DNA of 62,206 bases, from positions 1 through 62,206 of IMG/VR virus record IMGVR_UViG_3300013094_000050. One strand, given 5' to 3'. The stretch comes from a virus. Its lineage: Duplodnaviria; Caudoviricetes. Of this stretch, positions 29,701-38,628 are shown piece by piece. The stretch's first letter is position 1. Each line of letters starts with the position of its first letter. The notes under the pieces were generated by a model that was not told the origin of the DNA, did no database searches, and worked only from the letters and a program-made list of their open reading frames with translations. A program made the position numbers and the translations under genes.

Positions 29701-32700
29701 CAATCTTGTAAGCAATACCTTGATTTGTATATAAACCAACAGATGCGTATGCTGTTAGGCCTGTTAAACTATTAGTAATAGTAAATGCTGTACCGCTCTT
29801 ATAGCTATTAGTTATAGTAATAGTAGTACCTGAAGCAGGGTATGTACCTTGCGTTACTGAATTAACCCAATACGTATCTCCATTTACTAAACCGCCTGCG
29901 GCATTAACAAACACATTCATAGCAGCATTAAGATTAAATGTTGCTCCAGTTATTGTTGAGCCTGTGGTAGTTGTTACAATTGGCAGGCCGCCCACTGTGG
30001 CAGATAATTGGAAAGCTGTTGTCGTTGGGCTACCAATTATATAAAAAGTCTGATTTACTATAGCACTTCCGTTAATTGTTCCAGTAGATAACGTACCATT
30101 AATTGTAACAGCTTGTCCAACTTTAGGAATAGAACCTAATGCTGTACATGCAAACACTCCAGATGTTGATGTAATAGTTACACCTGTAATTTGTGTAGTA
30201 GATGTTAGTGATACTGCTGATCCGCCCAATGTATTACTAATTTGAATAGTATTACTTGTTGGATTAATTACATAATAAATTTGATTAAACACTACAGTGC
30301 CTAACATAACTCCAGTAAAATAAACTTGTTGTCCTGCAACAATACCTAAACTGCTTGCTGTTGCTGCAAGAGTGATAGTATTAGTTGTTGAACCTGTAGT
30401 TGCAATAGCTGTAGTATTAATTGGGCTTGGTAACCCCGTGAATACTATTGGCATATTAATGTAAATTCCTGCATCACTACTTAGAGTAATCAAGTTAGTA
30501 CTTGTTGTAACTGCTGTGACAGGAATATTTGTACTTAATCCAGTAACATTAGTTGTTAATGCCAATCCGCCATAAATTCCGTATACCGTTGCTATCATAG
30601 CTCCAGTGTAACCAACTTTAATTGTCCATCCACTTGGTGTACCAGCTGTAGTTGTTATCGGTGACCCGTTAATACTTGCTGATAATACAAATGAAGTAGC
30701 TGTCGGAGTTCCTACAATGTAGTAAGTTGTAGGATTTGAATAACCTACAATCGAACCTGTTCCTACATTTGAACCTGATATTGTAACAGGTTGACCTACT
30801 CCTAATGCAACGCTAACAGCATTGAACGAAAATTGTCCATTAATACCAGTTATAGACACATTACTTAACGTATTTGCAGCTGTAATTGAAAGTACAGGAC
30901 CATTGTATGATGTGCTTAAGGTTAGTTGTGTTGTACTTAACACTTGTTTAATGTAATAAGTTCCAGCTATCAAATTACCAATTGAAGCTCCAGAGATAGT
31001 TACTGATAATCCAGGAACCATTCCGGTAGTTGTACCAAGTGTAATATAATTTGTAGTAGGAATTGCATTTTGTATAGATGTAGTTGTTGAACTAACAGAC
31101 GCACTATAATTTAACAACCATTGTGTCGGGCTAGCTGTTATAGTAATTCCAGTAATAGGACTGCCGCTTGATCCTCCAGTTGTAGTTGTAACTGGTGTCC
31201 CGTTTTGAGTTGTGGATAACTGAAATGTTGAAGTTGTTGGGTTACCAATTACATAATATATTGTTCCAGAAACATATCCAACGATGCTACCAGCAGAGAA
31301 TGTGCCAGAAATTGTAATTTGTTGACCAACAACAGGTGCAGTTATTAATGGCGTTGCTAAAGAAAATACTCCAGTATTACTAGAAATATATGCACCAGTA
31401 ATAGTTGTAGTTGCGCCTGAAATTATCGAAGTACCTGTTTGTATACCAGTACCACTCAATACCATACCAGGTATAATTATACCTGCAGATATACTATTAA
31501 TAGTTAATTGAGTTCCATTAATAGATCCTACAAATAAAGTATTATTAGTTGGTTGTCCTAAAATTTGTGCAACCATATCATCAATTGTAGTCTGGGTTTG
31601 CGCAACAAATCCTGCAGCTGCAATTACTTTTATTTTTTGTCCAATGAACCCAATAGCACCATATGTACTATCTGCATAATTTTGTTGTAGAGCTGCAACT
31701 AATGGGATTAATCTGTTATATGCACGACCATTTATAATACTATAGAAATTACTTCCAAATAGTACATCATAACTTAATGCTGTAACAACATATCCTGCGT
31801 CGCGATTTGTCAATGATAAACTTGGTCCTTCGTTCTGGAAGAAACGTGTTACCCAGGCTTGTGCATCGTTTTGTATTAAAGTTGCCTGTGCCTGAATAGC
31901 ATTAAATGATAATTGATTTAATGGTGTTGCAAAATTAAACGCACCTGATACAACAGGAGTAATTATAAACGTACCTGTAATTGTAGTGGTTGTTACAATA
32001 GTTTGGCTTACACTTACGGTCCAACTTGTTCCAGACCCAGCTGTAATATATGTGCCAGGCGCCACTCCAGCTGTAACAGTCATCTGTCCAGTGGCGGTTG
32101 TTAATGACGGTGCAGTTGTTGTGCCATACTGGTATAATGTCACAGTATTACCTGAGACTGCGTTAATGGTGTATGTTGTAGTTGTTAACCCACCAAATGC
32201 CGATTGTCCGCTGTATCCATAAGCTGTTGTAAATGTAATAGCCATTCCAGATGCGAGGCCAGTTGTTTGTAATAATGTTACTGCGCCAGTGCTGCCGTTG
32301 ACTGCGGTTGCCGTAGTTGTCAATGTTGTACCAGTGATACATTGTCCAATAGCAAGGCCAGTACCGCTAGCAACTGTTAACGTTGATCCGCTAATTGTAC
32401 CTGTCGTAGTACCGGTTGTTGGATTAGGAATGCCGTATGTTAACCAATAAATTATATCTGATACACGAGCTTGAACAAATGCTGACGCATTAGCACCTGC
32501 ATCTGTACCAATACCATTTTGTGTAGTAGAGTTTCCAACGCTGGCTGAAACTGCTGATCCTCTTACAATACTACCAATAATTGCTAATAATCTGTTTAAT
32601 GCAGATTGCACTCCTGTTAAGTAAGGAGCAACAATTAATGGAGAATTTAAGCTATAATATGCGCGACCGCAAATTAATGATTGATCGTTACATCCATATG

Positions 32701-35700
32701 TTAAGTCATATTGTAATGCATCAAGTATGTTGCTCAAATCGCGAACAGTTTCAGCTTGATTTGTAACTCCATACGATTGCCAAGTTGTACCACTTAACGT
32801 ATCATTCAGATAATTAATAATTTCGTCTTTAATAAACTGATAATTATTTTGAATTTGTGTTACCGCAGTACCAAATCCAACCAAATAATATGTATTATAT
32901 CCTGTAACTCGAGGAATATTAAATGCAGGTTCTTGTACAATACCAAGAGTAGTACCATAATTTGTATTATTTTGCACACCAGGAGTAATTGTCAATCCAT
33001 TTGCAAACATATTTTGTATGATTGCTGTATTATTAATTACTAAGTTTACTGCTGCTGGGTTACCAAAATCTCCAGTTTGTGCCGGTAATGTTCCTGCTTG
33101 TGTTGCTAATGCAGAAATATAATATGCAATATATTGAGTTGCACTTTGAGTTGCACTTAACTCAGTAGGAGATACTAAATGTTGTGCACTAGTTACATAC
33201 TTATAAAATGATCTGCCTGATACTAGCGTAAAATAATTAGAACCCAATAACATATCATAACTCAATGCATCAATTACTGTTCCAGCATCTCGATATGTTA
33301 ATGCAAGATTAGTAACATTATTAGGATATTGGGTAGCTACAAATGTTTGTATTTGTGTTTGTAAATAAGATCTTTGAGCTTGAATAGCGTTAAATGCAGT
33401 TAATACTGGTGCGGACACCCAAGTTGTACATGGTAAAACTGTTCCTGATAACCCAATACCGGTACTCAGGCTAGAACCGGTACCATTTGTACCGTTTACC
33501 CAGTTTATAATATTTCCAATCAATGCTTGTGTATAAGTTGCTGCATTTGTATATGTTCCAGATGTAACAACTGTTTGAGTTGCATTATTACCTGATGTTT
33601 TACTCCATGTAGTATTGCCATTTACAATATTAGGAATAATTGTTTGTAGTCGTGTCAATGCTGCAACAGATGCTGCTAATGTAGAAGCAGGAGTTAATGA
33701 TGCTACTCCTAACGAATAATATCCAATACCTTGTATTTGGCTTTGAGTATTACCGCCATAAATTATGTCGTATTGAATAGATTGTAGAATATATCCAAGA
33801 TCACGCAATGATTTCCCTTGATATTCAGCAGTTAACCCATTCCAACTAAATCCTGAACCAGTGTATCCGTTTAGATAATTTGCAATTTCAGTTTGCAAGA
33901 ATGTAATATTGGCAGCAATATTTGCCGCACCGTATCCGTATCCAGTAGTATCGCCAGTGGTATTACCTGTATAACCAGAAACTCCTAGTCCTGTAATTGA
34001 ATAGGCAGTATTTGTTAATGATGAGGTGTTATAGCCTGTTGGAGTTGTTGTAGTAAATGTTCCAATATTTGGAGTTGTTATACCGATAGTAAATGTTGCA
34101 CCTGTAGTAGTTGTTCCACCGATAGTCAATGGATTAGTGCTACTAAGAGCGTTTTGATAGGAAGCATATAACGTTGCAGTTGTTGCTGTACTAGTTGCTC
34201 CGGTGTAATAAATTGCATTAATTGTAGAACCAATTGCGGATATAGCTGTCCCGCCAATAGTCAGATTACCTGTAATTGCTGTACCTGAACTTGTTCTTGT
34301 TATAACAATGGCAGTACCTGCAGGTAACGCTACAGTTGTAGTCGAATATGATATACCAGTAGTACTATTGTTAGTAACAGATCCTAACGTTGTTTGAGAA
34401 ATTATTGTAGAATTTGGATTTCCAAATACAGGGCTATATGTTAGCCCGTTAGCTAAAATACCTTGTAATAACGTATTGTTATTAACAATAGATCCTACTG
34501 TTGCAGAATTTGCAATGTTGATAGTTGATCCAGATGCTCCAATTGGAGAACCTGCTGCATACCCTGCAACTTGTGTTCCTATATAGTTAATAGATTGCTG
34601 AGTAACAGCTAATTCAGGACCGCCTACTAAAGTTTCAGCAGAAGAAACAAGTCGATAAAACGCTCTTCCTGAAATCATACTATAATAATTAGATCCTAAT
34701 AATAAATCGTATGATAGTGCATCAACAATTGTTCCTGCATCGCGATAAGTTAACGCTAAATTTGAAACAACACTACCATAATTAGTCGAAACCCAATTTT
34801 TAACCCATGATTGAATTGCAACTTTATTTGCTTGAATATTATTAAATGCTGACAAATTAGAAGAAGGAACCCAAGAATAACAAGGTCGGATAGTACCCAC
34901 TGGATTAGAACTAAAACTATTTCCAGTACCATTTGTACCGTTTACCCAGTTAATAACTAATCCAACTAGAGCAGCTGCGTATACACCTGCGTTTGTTTGT
35001 CCTGCTGTACCTGTTGTAACTTGTGATGCAGTATTACCAGAAGTTTTTGTCCAACCTCCTGTATTAGCAGTAACAATATAAGGTATAATTGTCTGAATAC
35101 GAGTTAACATTCCAACTGTCGCGGCTTGGAATCCTGAAGTAATACTAGCAGAACCTAATGAATAATATGCTAAACCATCAATTTCACTTTGTGTGTTTCC
35201 ACCGTAAGTCATATCATAAATTATAGAATTTAACAAGTATCCAACATCACGCAATGTATAACCTTGATTAGCTGAACTCATTCCACTCCAAACTGATGAA
35301 TAAGCTGATGCCATATAGGCTGCAATTTCAGTTTGAATAAACGCAATATTTTGTGTAATTTGTGCAACGCCGGCGTCATAACCAACTGTTGATCCTGTTA
35401 CATTTCCTGAACAAGCATACGCAATATTTGATAATGTAGTTCCAAATCCTGTTGGAGTAGTTAAAGTGTATGTTCCTGTATTAGGAACTGTTACACTACC
35501 TCCGGTATACGTGATTGTAGATGTGCCTGCTCCTGGTAGTGCACTTAAACCGTTTGCTAAAATTGTTTGTATTAATGTTACATTAGTAGAAACAGTTTGT
35601 GTAAATGAAGAAAAAGGATTAGTTCCTAAATATTCTTGTACGACACTATTTGTTGATGTTGATATTACCGGAACATTGCTTGCGATTGCAGGCAATAACC

Positions 35701-38578
35701 ACTGTATACGTTGTAGTGCAGACACTGTTCTTGTTCTATCATTAGCTAAGTACGGTTGTGCAGTTGCTGCTTGAATAATAGTACTACGTAATTCATCTCC
35801 AACTAGTGCCGTATCTTGAGGAAGCACCATAGGGCCGTACTCGTTATATGTTCCAGTTTTTACATAAATGCTAGTATGCGGACGTTGTAACTGGGGTATA
35901 CCAGAATATGTACCTGCTGTTAATGCATTTGTAATTATAGCTAAAAGATTTTGTGCAATTGATATTGTTCCTACTTCTATATTTGCAGTAGGAACTTCAG
36001 TAATATTTTGTACTGCTTGTTGGTTAACTGGCAACCCTTGAATTGATTGATATATCACTCCAGGAACTGTATTTGATAACACAAGCGGTAATAGTGTATT
36101 TTGTAAGTATTGCAAACTAGCAATCCATACTGTCATTTCATAGCCAGCATTTGTTGTAATATAACTTGTTAATGTTGCAAAAAATGCCTCAGTAGCGGTA
36201 GTACAATATAAATTACCACCGTGCGTTAAATCAAATACTATAGCATCTACAATAGTACCTGCATCTCTTTCTGCTTTGAATTGATTGTAAACAAACGATG
36301 CTGTTCCGGTACTTATACTGTTAGCAGTTATAGGTAAAATTGACCCAGATTTATAGCTAGTACTAATAGTAAAGGAATTAGCAGAGAATGTATTAACATA
36401 ATATGTTGTTCCTGGAACAATTTGTGTTACAATTGCCGTAGAAAACGTAATTGGCATTCCATAGTACATGTTAGCTGTTGTTGTCTGGCTAGTTGTACTA
36501 GATCCGCCAACAATAAATGTGTTTCCTGATGCGCCAGTTCCGATAACATTGAAAGAATATTGTGTTAAAATCCAGTTATTAACTTCTTTTAACATAAATT
36601 GCTTGTTAACTTTTAATGCAAGTCCGGCATTAGTGTTCAAATATCCGTCTTCAATTTGTTTACAAGCAAATAATACGGTAGCCCATGGTTTATCTAAACT
36701 TAAACCTTGGCTATTACCTGTTACATCGGATCCAGATGGGGATACATATACAACATTTTGCAATAATCCATAATAAGACCAAGATGGAATAGATCCGTTT
36801 ACACGAAGAATTTGGCCGTCTGTACCAATAGGTAACCTTGTGGCACCACTATTACCGTAGTATACAATATCTCCAGTAGTAGTTAATACACCACTATCTG
36901 CACCGCTAGCTAATAAATTCCAGAAACTACCAGTCGAATCACTAATAGGATCGTTTGTTCCTGCTAATCCTATGTGCAATGATACACAAATATAACTGCT
37001 ATTACCATAATATACAGCATCTCCAACTAAGTAACTCATTCCAGATTGCCATGTAACAGCATAACCAGATACAATTGTAACTGTTGAGATTACTCCACCA
37101 GAATTTGACGCTACTTTAACGGTAAGGTCATTTGCAGGACTAATTCCTCCTAAATTTGTACCTAATATTTTTAATGTATCGTTATTAGAATAACCAGCAC
37201 CTCCGGCACCTGCATGAACTACGACTGAATACGATGTGCCAGTTAATGTGACATCAAATAATGCTGTACCATTTCCTGCACCACTTACTAAGTTTACACT
37301 AGAAACAGCATTATATGTAGTTGAAGGAGCAGCATTCCAACGAATTCCTGCATTTAATTGCCCCCAGTTGACATTTGAGCTGGACGGTTCTGAATTTGTA
37401 TTATCGGCTAGTGCTGTATAAGTAAATCCACCTAATGTTACTATTTGACCAATTCTGTAGGCAGTCGACGATACCCATGCTCCTGCATATACTAAACCAG
37501 TTGTAAAAATTTGCCAATATCCAGTTGAAGTACTTGGAACTTGTCCACTATTGTTTTGTATGGCAGTATATGTATATCCGCCATAGGTAACTAAATCTCC
37601 AACAGCGTAGTTAGTTGTATTTGACCAAGAATTTTCAAACTCTAATCCATTTACAAAAATTGTAAAGTCAGTTGTATTAATTGTTAAACCAGAAGATGTA
37701 TGAGGTGTAGTACAAATCCATAAATCGGGACCATACTTTACAATATCATTTAACTTATAACGTGTTGCAGTTACCCACGCACCTAGATAATTTAATCCAG
37801 GATTAAACGATGACCAAAAACTTTGATTTGCTTCTAATCCTAGTGTAGCGGTGCTTGCTGATACGTGTGCAGTATTACACACATACGTAATGCCACCATA
37901 AGAAATAAAATCATTGGCTTTATATCGTGTACTAGTTGTCCATGCTCCTAACCAATTAAGATTTGAAGCATAAGTTGTCCAATATGTTTGTTCTGCTTCT
38001 AATCCGGATGTTCCAGTAACTGTTCCCAATGTTGAAACAGTATAAGTACCAGTTAATGCAAATGTAAGTTGTGAACTAGTGCAAGTAACAACAGTAAAAG
38101 TTGTATTAACTAAATTCACAGTACCAGATGTCGATGTAGGAGTAAATCCTGATAATGTTATGGTTTCTCCTACAAGGAAAGGAGGATTTCCGTTAAGTGT
38201 TGTAGCATATGTTAATGTTGCTACTCCAGCCGATACTGTAAATCCAGTAGCAGTTATTGTAGTAGACGCTGAACAACTCATGTGTGCAGTGTTACATAGA
38301 TAAACAACATTTCCGTAAAGTACTAAATCATTAATATTATAATATGTGCTTGTAGACCAATTGCCTTTCCATGCCTGACCGTCAGCTAATAAGTTCCATT
38401 TAGTTACACCAGCACCTCCAGCTAAGTCAGTAGCAAATGTTGATGAACTTGTATTGTTTAATACACAAATATAAGCTCTTCCGCCGTTAGTTACTACGTC
38501 ATCGACTACATACGAATATCCAGATTGCCATGCACCTTGATAAACAAACTTAATTCTACCTAATTTGAATTCTGCCAT
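23768..38578 (-). CDS. Giant virion structural/fibre protein (4936 aa)
   Basis: N-terminal Trp/Tyr CBM5/12-like repeats (W...T.Y..ND.V.YGG..Y.C), split beta-helix-like domain, RD..YD..GGN helical repeats, AYG.G propeller-like repeats, conserved C-terminus GHDFLYIGTG...STDQDGNF. Confidence 0.88.
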   Translation of the reverse strand: MAEFKLGRIKFVYQGAWQSGYSYVVDDVVTNGGRAYICVLNNTSSSTFATDLAGGAGVTKWNLLADGQAWKGNWSTSTYYNINDLVLYGNVVYLCNTAHMSCSASTTITATGFTVSAGVATLTYATTLNGNPPFLVGETITLSGFTPTSTSGTVNLVNTTFTVVTCTSSQLTFALTGTYTVSTLGTVTGTSGLEAEQTYWTTYASNLNWLGAWTTSTRYKANDFISYGGITYVCNTAHVSASTATLGLEANQSFWSSFNPGLNYLGAWVTATRYKLNDIVKYGPDLWICTTPHTSSGLTINTTDFTIFVNGLEFENSWSNTTNYAVGDLVTYGGYTYTAIQNNSGQVPSTSTGYWQIFTTGLVYAGAWVSSTAYRIGQIVTLGGFTYTALADNTNSEPSSSNVNWGQLNAGIRWNAAPSTTYNAVSSVNLVSGAGNGTALFDVTLTGTSYSVVVHAGAGGAGYSNNDTLKILGTNLGGISPANDLTVKVASNSGGVISTVTIVSGYAVTWQSGMSYLVGDAVYYGNSSYICVSLHIGLAGTNDPISDSTGSFWNLLASGADSGVLTTTGDIVYYGNSGATRLPIGTDGQILRVNGSIPSWSYYGLLQNVVYVSPSGSDVTGNSQGLSLDKPWATVLFACKQIEDGYLNTNAGLALKVNKQFMLKEVNNWILTQYSFNVIGTGASGNTFIVGGSSTTSQTTTANMYYGMPITFSTAIVTQIVPGTTYYVNTFSANSFTISTSYKSGSILPITANSISTGTASFVYNQFKAERDAGTIVDAIVFDLTHGGNLYCTTATEAFFATLTSYITTNAGYEMTVWIASLQYLQNTLLPLVLSNTVPGVIYQSIQGLPVNQQAVQNITEVPTANIEVGTISIAQNLLAIITNALTAGTYSGIPQLQRPHTSIYVKTGTYNEYGPMVLPQDTALVGDELRSTIIQAATAQPYLANDRTRTVSALQRIQWLLPAIASNVPVISTSTNSVVQEYLGTNPFSSFTQTVSTNVTLIQTILANGLSALPGAGTSTITYTGGSVTVPNTGTYTLTTPTGFGTTLSNIAYACSGNVTGSTVGYDAGVAQITQNIAFIQTEIAAYMASAYSSVWSGMSSANQGYTLRDVGYLLNSIIYDMTYGGNTQSEIDGLAYYSLGSASITSGFQAATVGMLTRIQTIIPYIVTANTGGWTKTSGNTASQVTTGTAGQTNAGVYAAALVGLVINWVNGTNGTGNSFSSNPVGTIRPCYSWVPSSNLSAFNNIQANKVAIQSWVKNWVSTNYGSVVSNLALTYRDAGTIVDALSYDLLLGSNYYSMISGRAFYRLVSSAETLVGGPELAVTQQSINYIGTQVAGYAAGSPIGASGSTINIANSATVGSIVNNNTLLQGILANGLTYSPVFGNPNSTIISQTTLGSVTNNSTTGISYSTTTVALPAGTAIVITRTSSGTAITGNLTIGGTAISAIGSTINAIYYTGATSTATTATLYASYQNALSSTNPLTIGGTTTTGATFTIGITTPNIGTFTTTTPTGYNTSSLTNTAYSITGLGVSGYTGNTTGDTTGYGYGAANIAANITFLQTEIANYLNGYTGSGFSWNGLTAEYQGKSLRDLGYILQSIQYDIIYGGNTQSQIQGIGYYSLGVASLTPASTLAASVAALTRLQTIIPNIVNGNTTWSKTSGNNATQTVVTSGTYTNAATYTQALIGNIINWVNGTNGTGSSLSTGIGLSGTVLPCTTWVSAPVLTAFNAIQAQRSYLQTQIQTFVATQYPNNVTNLALTYRDAGTVIDALSYDMLLGSNYFTLVSGRSFYKYVTSAQHLVSPTELSATQSATQYIAYYISALATQAGTLPAQTGDFGNPAAVNLVINNTAIIQNMFANGLTITPGVQNNTNYGTTLGIVQEPAFNIPRVTGYNTYYLVGFGTAVTQIQNNYQFIKDEIINYLNDTLSGTTWQSYGVTNQAETVRDLSNILDALQYDLTYGCNDQSLICGRAYYSLNSPLIVAPYLTGVQSALNRLLAIIGSIVRGSAVSASVGNSTTQNGIGTDAGANASAFVQARVSDIIYWLTYGIPNPTTGTTTGTISGSTLTVASGTGLAIGQCITGTTLTTTATAVNGSTGAVTLLQTTGLASGMAITFTTAYGYSGQSAFGGLTTTTYTINAVSGNTVTLYQYGTTTAPSLTTATGQMTVTAGVAPGTYITAGSGTSWTVSVSQTIVTTTTITGTFIITPVVSGAFNFATPLNQLSFNAIQAQATLIQNDAQAWVTRFFQNEGPSLSLTNRDAGYVVTALSYDVLFGSNFYSIINGRAYNRLIPLVAALQQNYADSTYGAIGFIGQKIKVIAAAGFVAQTQTTIDDMVAQILGQPTNNTLFVGSINGTQLTINSISAGIIIPGMVLSGTGIQTGTSIISGATTTITGAYISSNTGVFSLATPLITAPVVGQQITISGTFSAGSIVGYVSGTIYYVIGNPTTSTFQLSTTQNGTPVTTTTGGSSGSPITGITITASPTQWLLNYSASVSSTTTSIQNAIPTTNYITLGTTTGMVPGLSVTISGASIGNLIAGTYYIKQVLSTTQLTLSTSYNGPVLSITAANTLSNVSITGINGQFSFNAVSVALGVGQPVTISGSNVGTGSIVGYSNPTTYYIVGTPTATSFVLSASINGSPITTTAGTPSGWTIKVGYTGAMIATVYGIYGGLALTTNVTGLSTNIPVTAVTTSTNLITLSSDAGIYINMPIVFTGLPSPINTTAIATTGSTTNTITLAATASSLGIVAGQQVYFTGVMLGTVVFNQIYYVINPTSNTIQISNTLGGSAVSLTSTTQITGVTITSTSGVFACTALGSIPKVGQAVTINGTLSTGTINGSAIVNQTFYIIGSPTTTAFQLSATVGGLPIVTTTTGSTITGATFNLNAAMNVFVNAAGGLVNGDTYWVNSVTQGTYPASGTTITITNSYKSGTAFTITNSLTGLTAYASVGLYTNQGIAYKIVNGMSQVWGNPTNSYQSYPGYNNTLSTITGAELLRINKTFLATEAAVWPQTNYGSVVTTTNSNGTITTSTPHNLLVGDPVQFGLTGTIFDSNILTNTVYWVLTTPTSTTFTVSVVQPGSGTQSTLGLVGGSGSMSVNYYIIVSKATRDASYHIDALHHDVSLTGNYKSTRYAQVYLSAVTGSQYTNLIHVRNGTGIRNMTLNGMQGALTIPNALGTKRPTGGTYTSLDPGFGPNDSSVWEFIRSCYVQNVTTFGNGCVGMKIDAALHNGGNRSMLANDYTQVLSDGIGIWCTGHGALTECVSVFSYYGYSGYMAEYGGRIRATNGNSSYGTYGVIAEGVDSYETPIYANLNNRANPAYITNVVTDGTNAILRIEYENAGSAYSNYNPSISGAGYNAFAIGDEIRDFAVFETRLVDMNNGQGVGGSNYLTISNTAQSGTVGQITIANSDTNLSSAYIGMRIFLTGGTGVGQYANILNYTASSKIVNVYRSNFVPLTITTNTTSVFTVSSTNTMYANQPIYLSANIGNLTYSTVYYVVGSSLSANGTTFSVSTSSGGAASTLSATSATPAVMSTSTIIGTTLTVGTLASGTIYVGMLLTGNGVAANTYISANISGSSNGSTWTVTVSQNISNTTITGTISVQVYEAGWDAAVPGATIANVLDATTTYIIEPLITYTSPGFTSTATTIPSAQYGSVAYGAGNFVTAANPGTVTSYSTNGTTWTAGGVLPSSTNWNVVYGGGQGATATAVIGGLNGSGCVLQPIIGTGANYGQIVGITVVQGGNNYSSPPTIVITDSTGQGAQAVAEILNGSVTNVYMNITGSLYTSPTVTAITSELSSITPVTWGQNYFTNPTVVISPPVASTAWTSSGTATANAYYYYVDVTVVPNVTNYYQAQSAGTFSTTAPTFTNQYYGKSGSSATGIGASGTYGVTLVYAGSLPAATANLTNNGISSFTVTQAGFGYTSVPTVTIIDQYAAFLAISTSTNATAYNPVSSISATYSVSSTLGNAWSSGTSTGQTTLNSVAYGNNYYIAVGGSGSAVAISLYNATSLASASWVNQSSYIPSNSSGYTAVAYGGGVFCAIGGTLTSWMRSDPTTWYVGGTLPSKTWVSLTYGNGRFIALASDGTVYYTVNWQPSAWTSSPNITNNTWVAANNNPLNAIGITTWKNISYGEGLFTAISSAPSMTVTATSSSGATLSSTTGLAVGAAFTPTAVTQTTTASATSHATASTTGIIGNGAASPGAGVVFTPTGTITGSFQIGMILTSSGTITAGTTILGVNSVTFTGTISTTTLTVTGTPTGVISIGMAITGTSVTAGTYIVAFGSGSGGAGSYTLNQSATGTPTTGTSYSVSVSQVTTSATLTGTLDQVQIGSSSGMAVNESIVFAGTTGGGITANTVYYISRIVNSTTISIATTPNSTSNLTLTNLGTPPASVTAGSYLGGLVSGTTYYIASVNSGTGVITIADTQQHAIANTNLISLTTATGSWTAIAGSAGSAYNYCATSWSGVDWAMQVMPATSAWQAVAFGNPTNTTLGSNPTWVVVSKTNSTTAALIQTGATPLGRVKVTSNAIAEVRMIEPGSGFARGNVSATTLSTNVITVDNTVNLYANQQIVFNGTSAGGLSTNVYYYVVNGSITSTSFQVSTSYGGVAIPLTTANITGITYFASPIATITDPNHVNSAALVPRIGNGVLGNPTFTNRGVGNTTATASVTGDGYGDFYQTGSYINVSGLYQIPTAGCNVTFSSITGSNQWYKLVQVTNVLGSAGNYTATFQINPSMSTLLAPIHNTLITTRLLYSNSRLTGHDFLYIGTGGFTSTNYPNVDPTKAVTANQTLATGGGRVFFTSTDQDGNFNVGNLFGVQQSTGTASLNASAFNLSGLQSLTLGSVSLGVNSATITQFSTDQYFTANSDSIVPTQKAVKAYITSQIGGGQSSLNVNTITAGQVYIAGNSISTTTGNQIYVSSKMLFTGGIDGAPVALQFFGQR

Positions 38579-38598
38579 TTTGTATCATCCTCTGATAA

Positions 38599-38606
38599 TA
38601 TTTATC
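38599..38606 (-). promoter_or_regulatory. Late promoter GATAAATA
   Basis: TAAATA core; GAGGA RBS before the ATG at 38578. Confidence 0.65.
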
Positions 38607-38628
38607 TTATTTTCTTTTCTTGGTTTTA

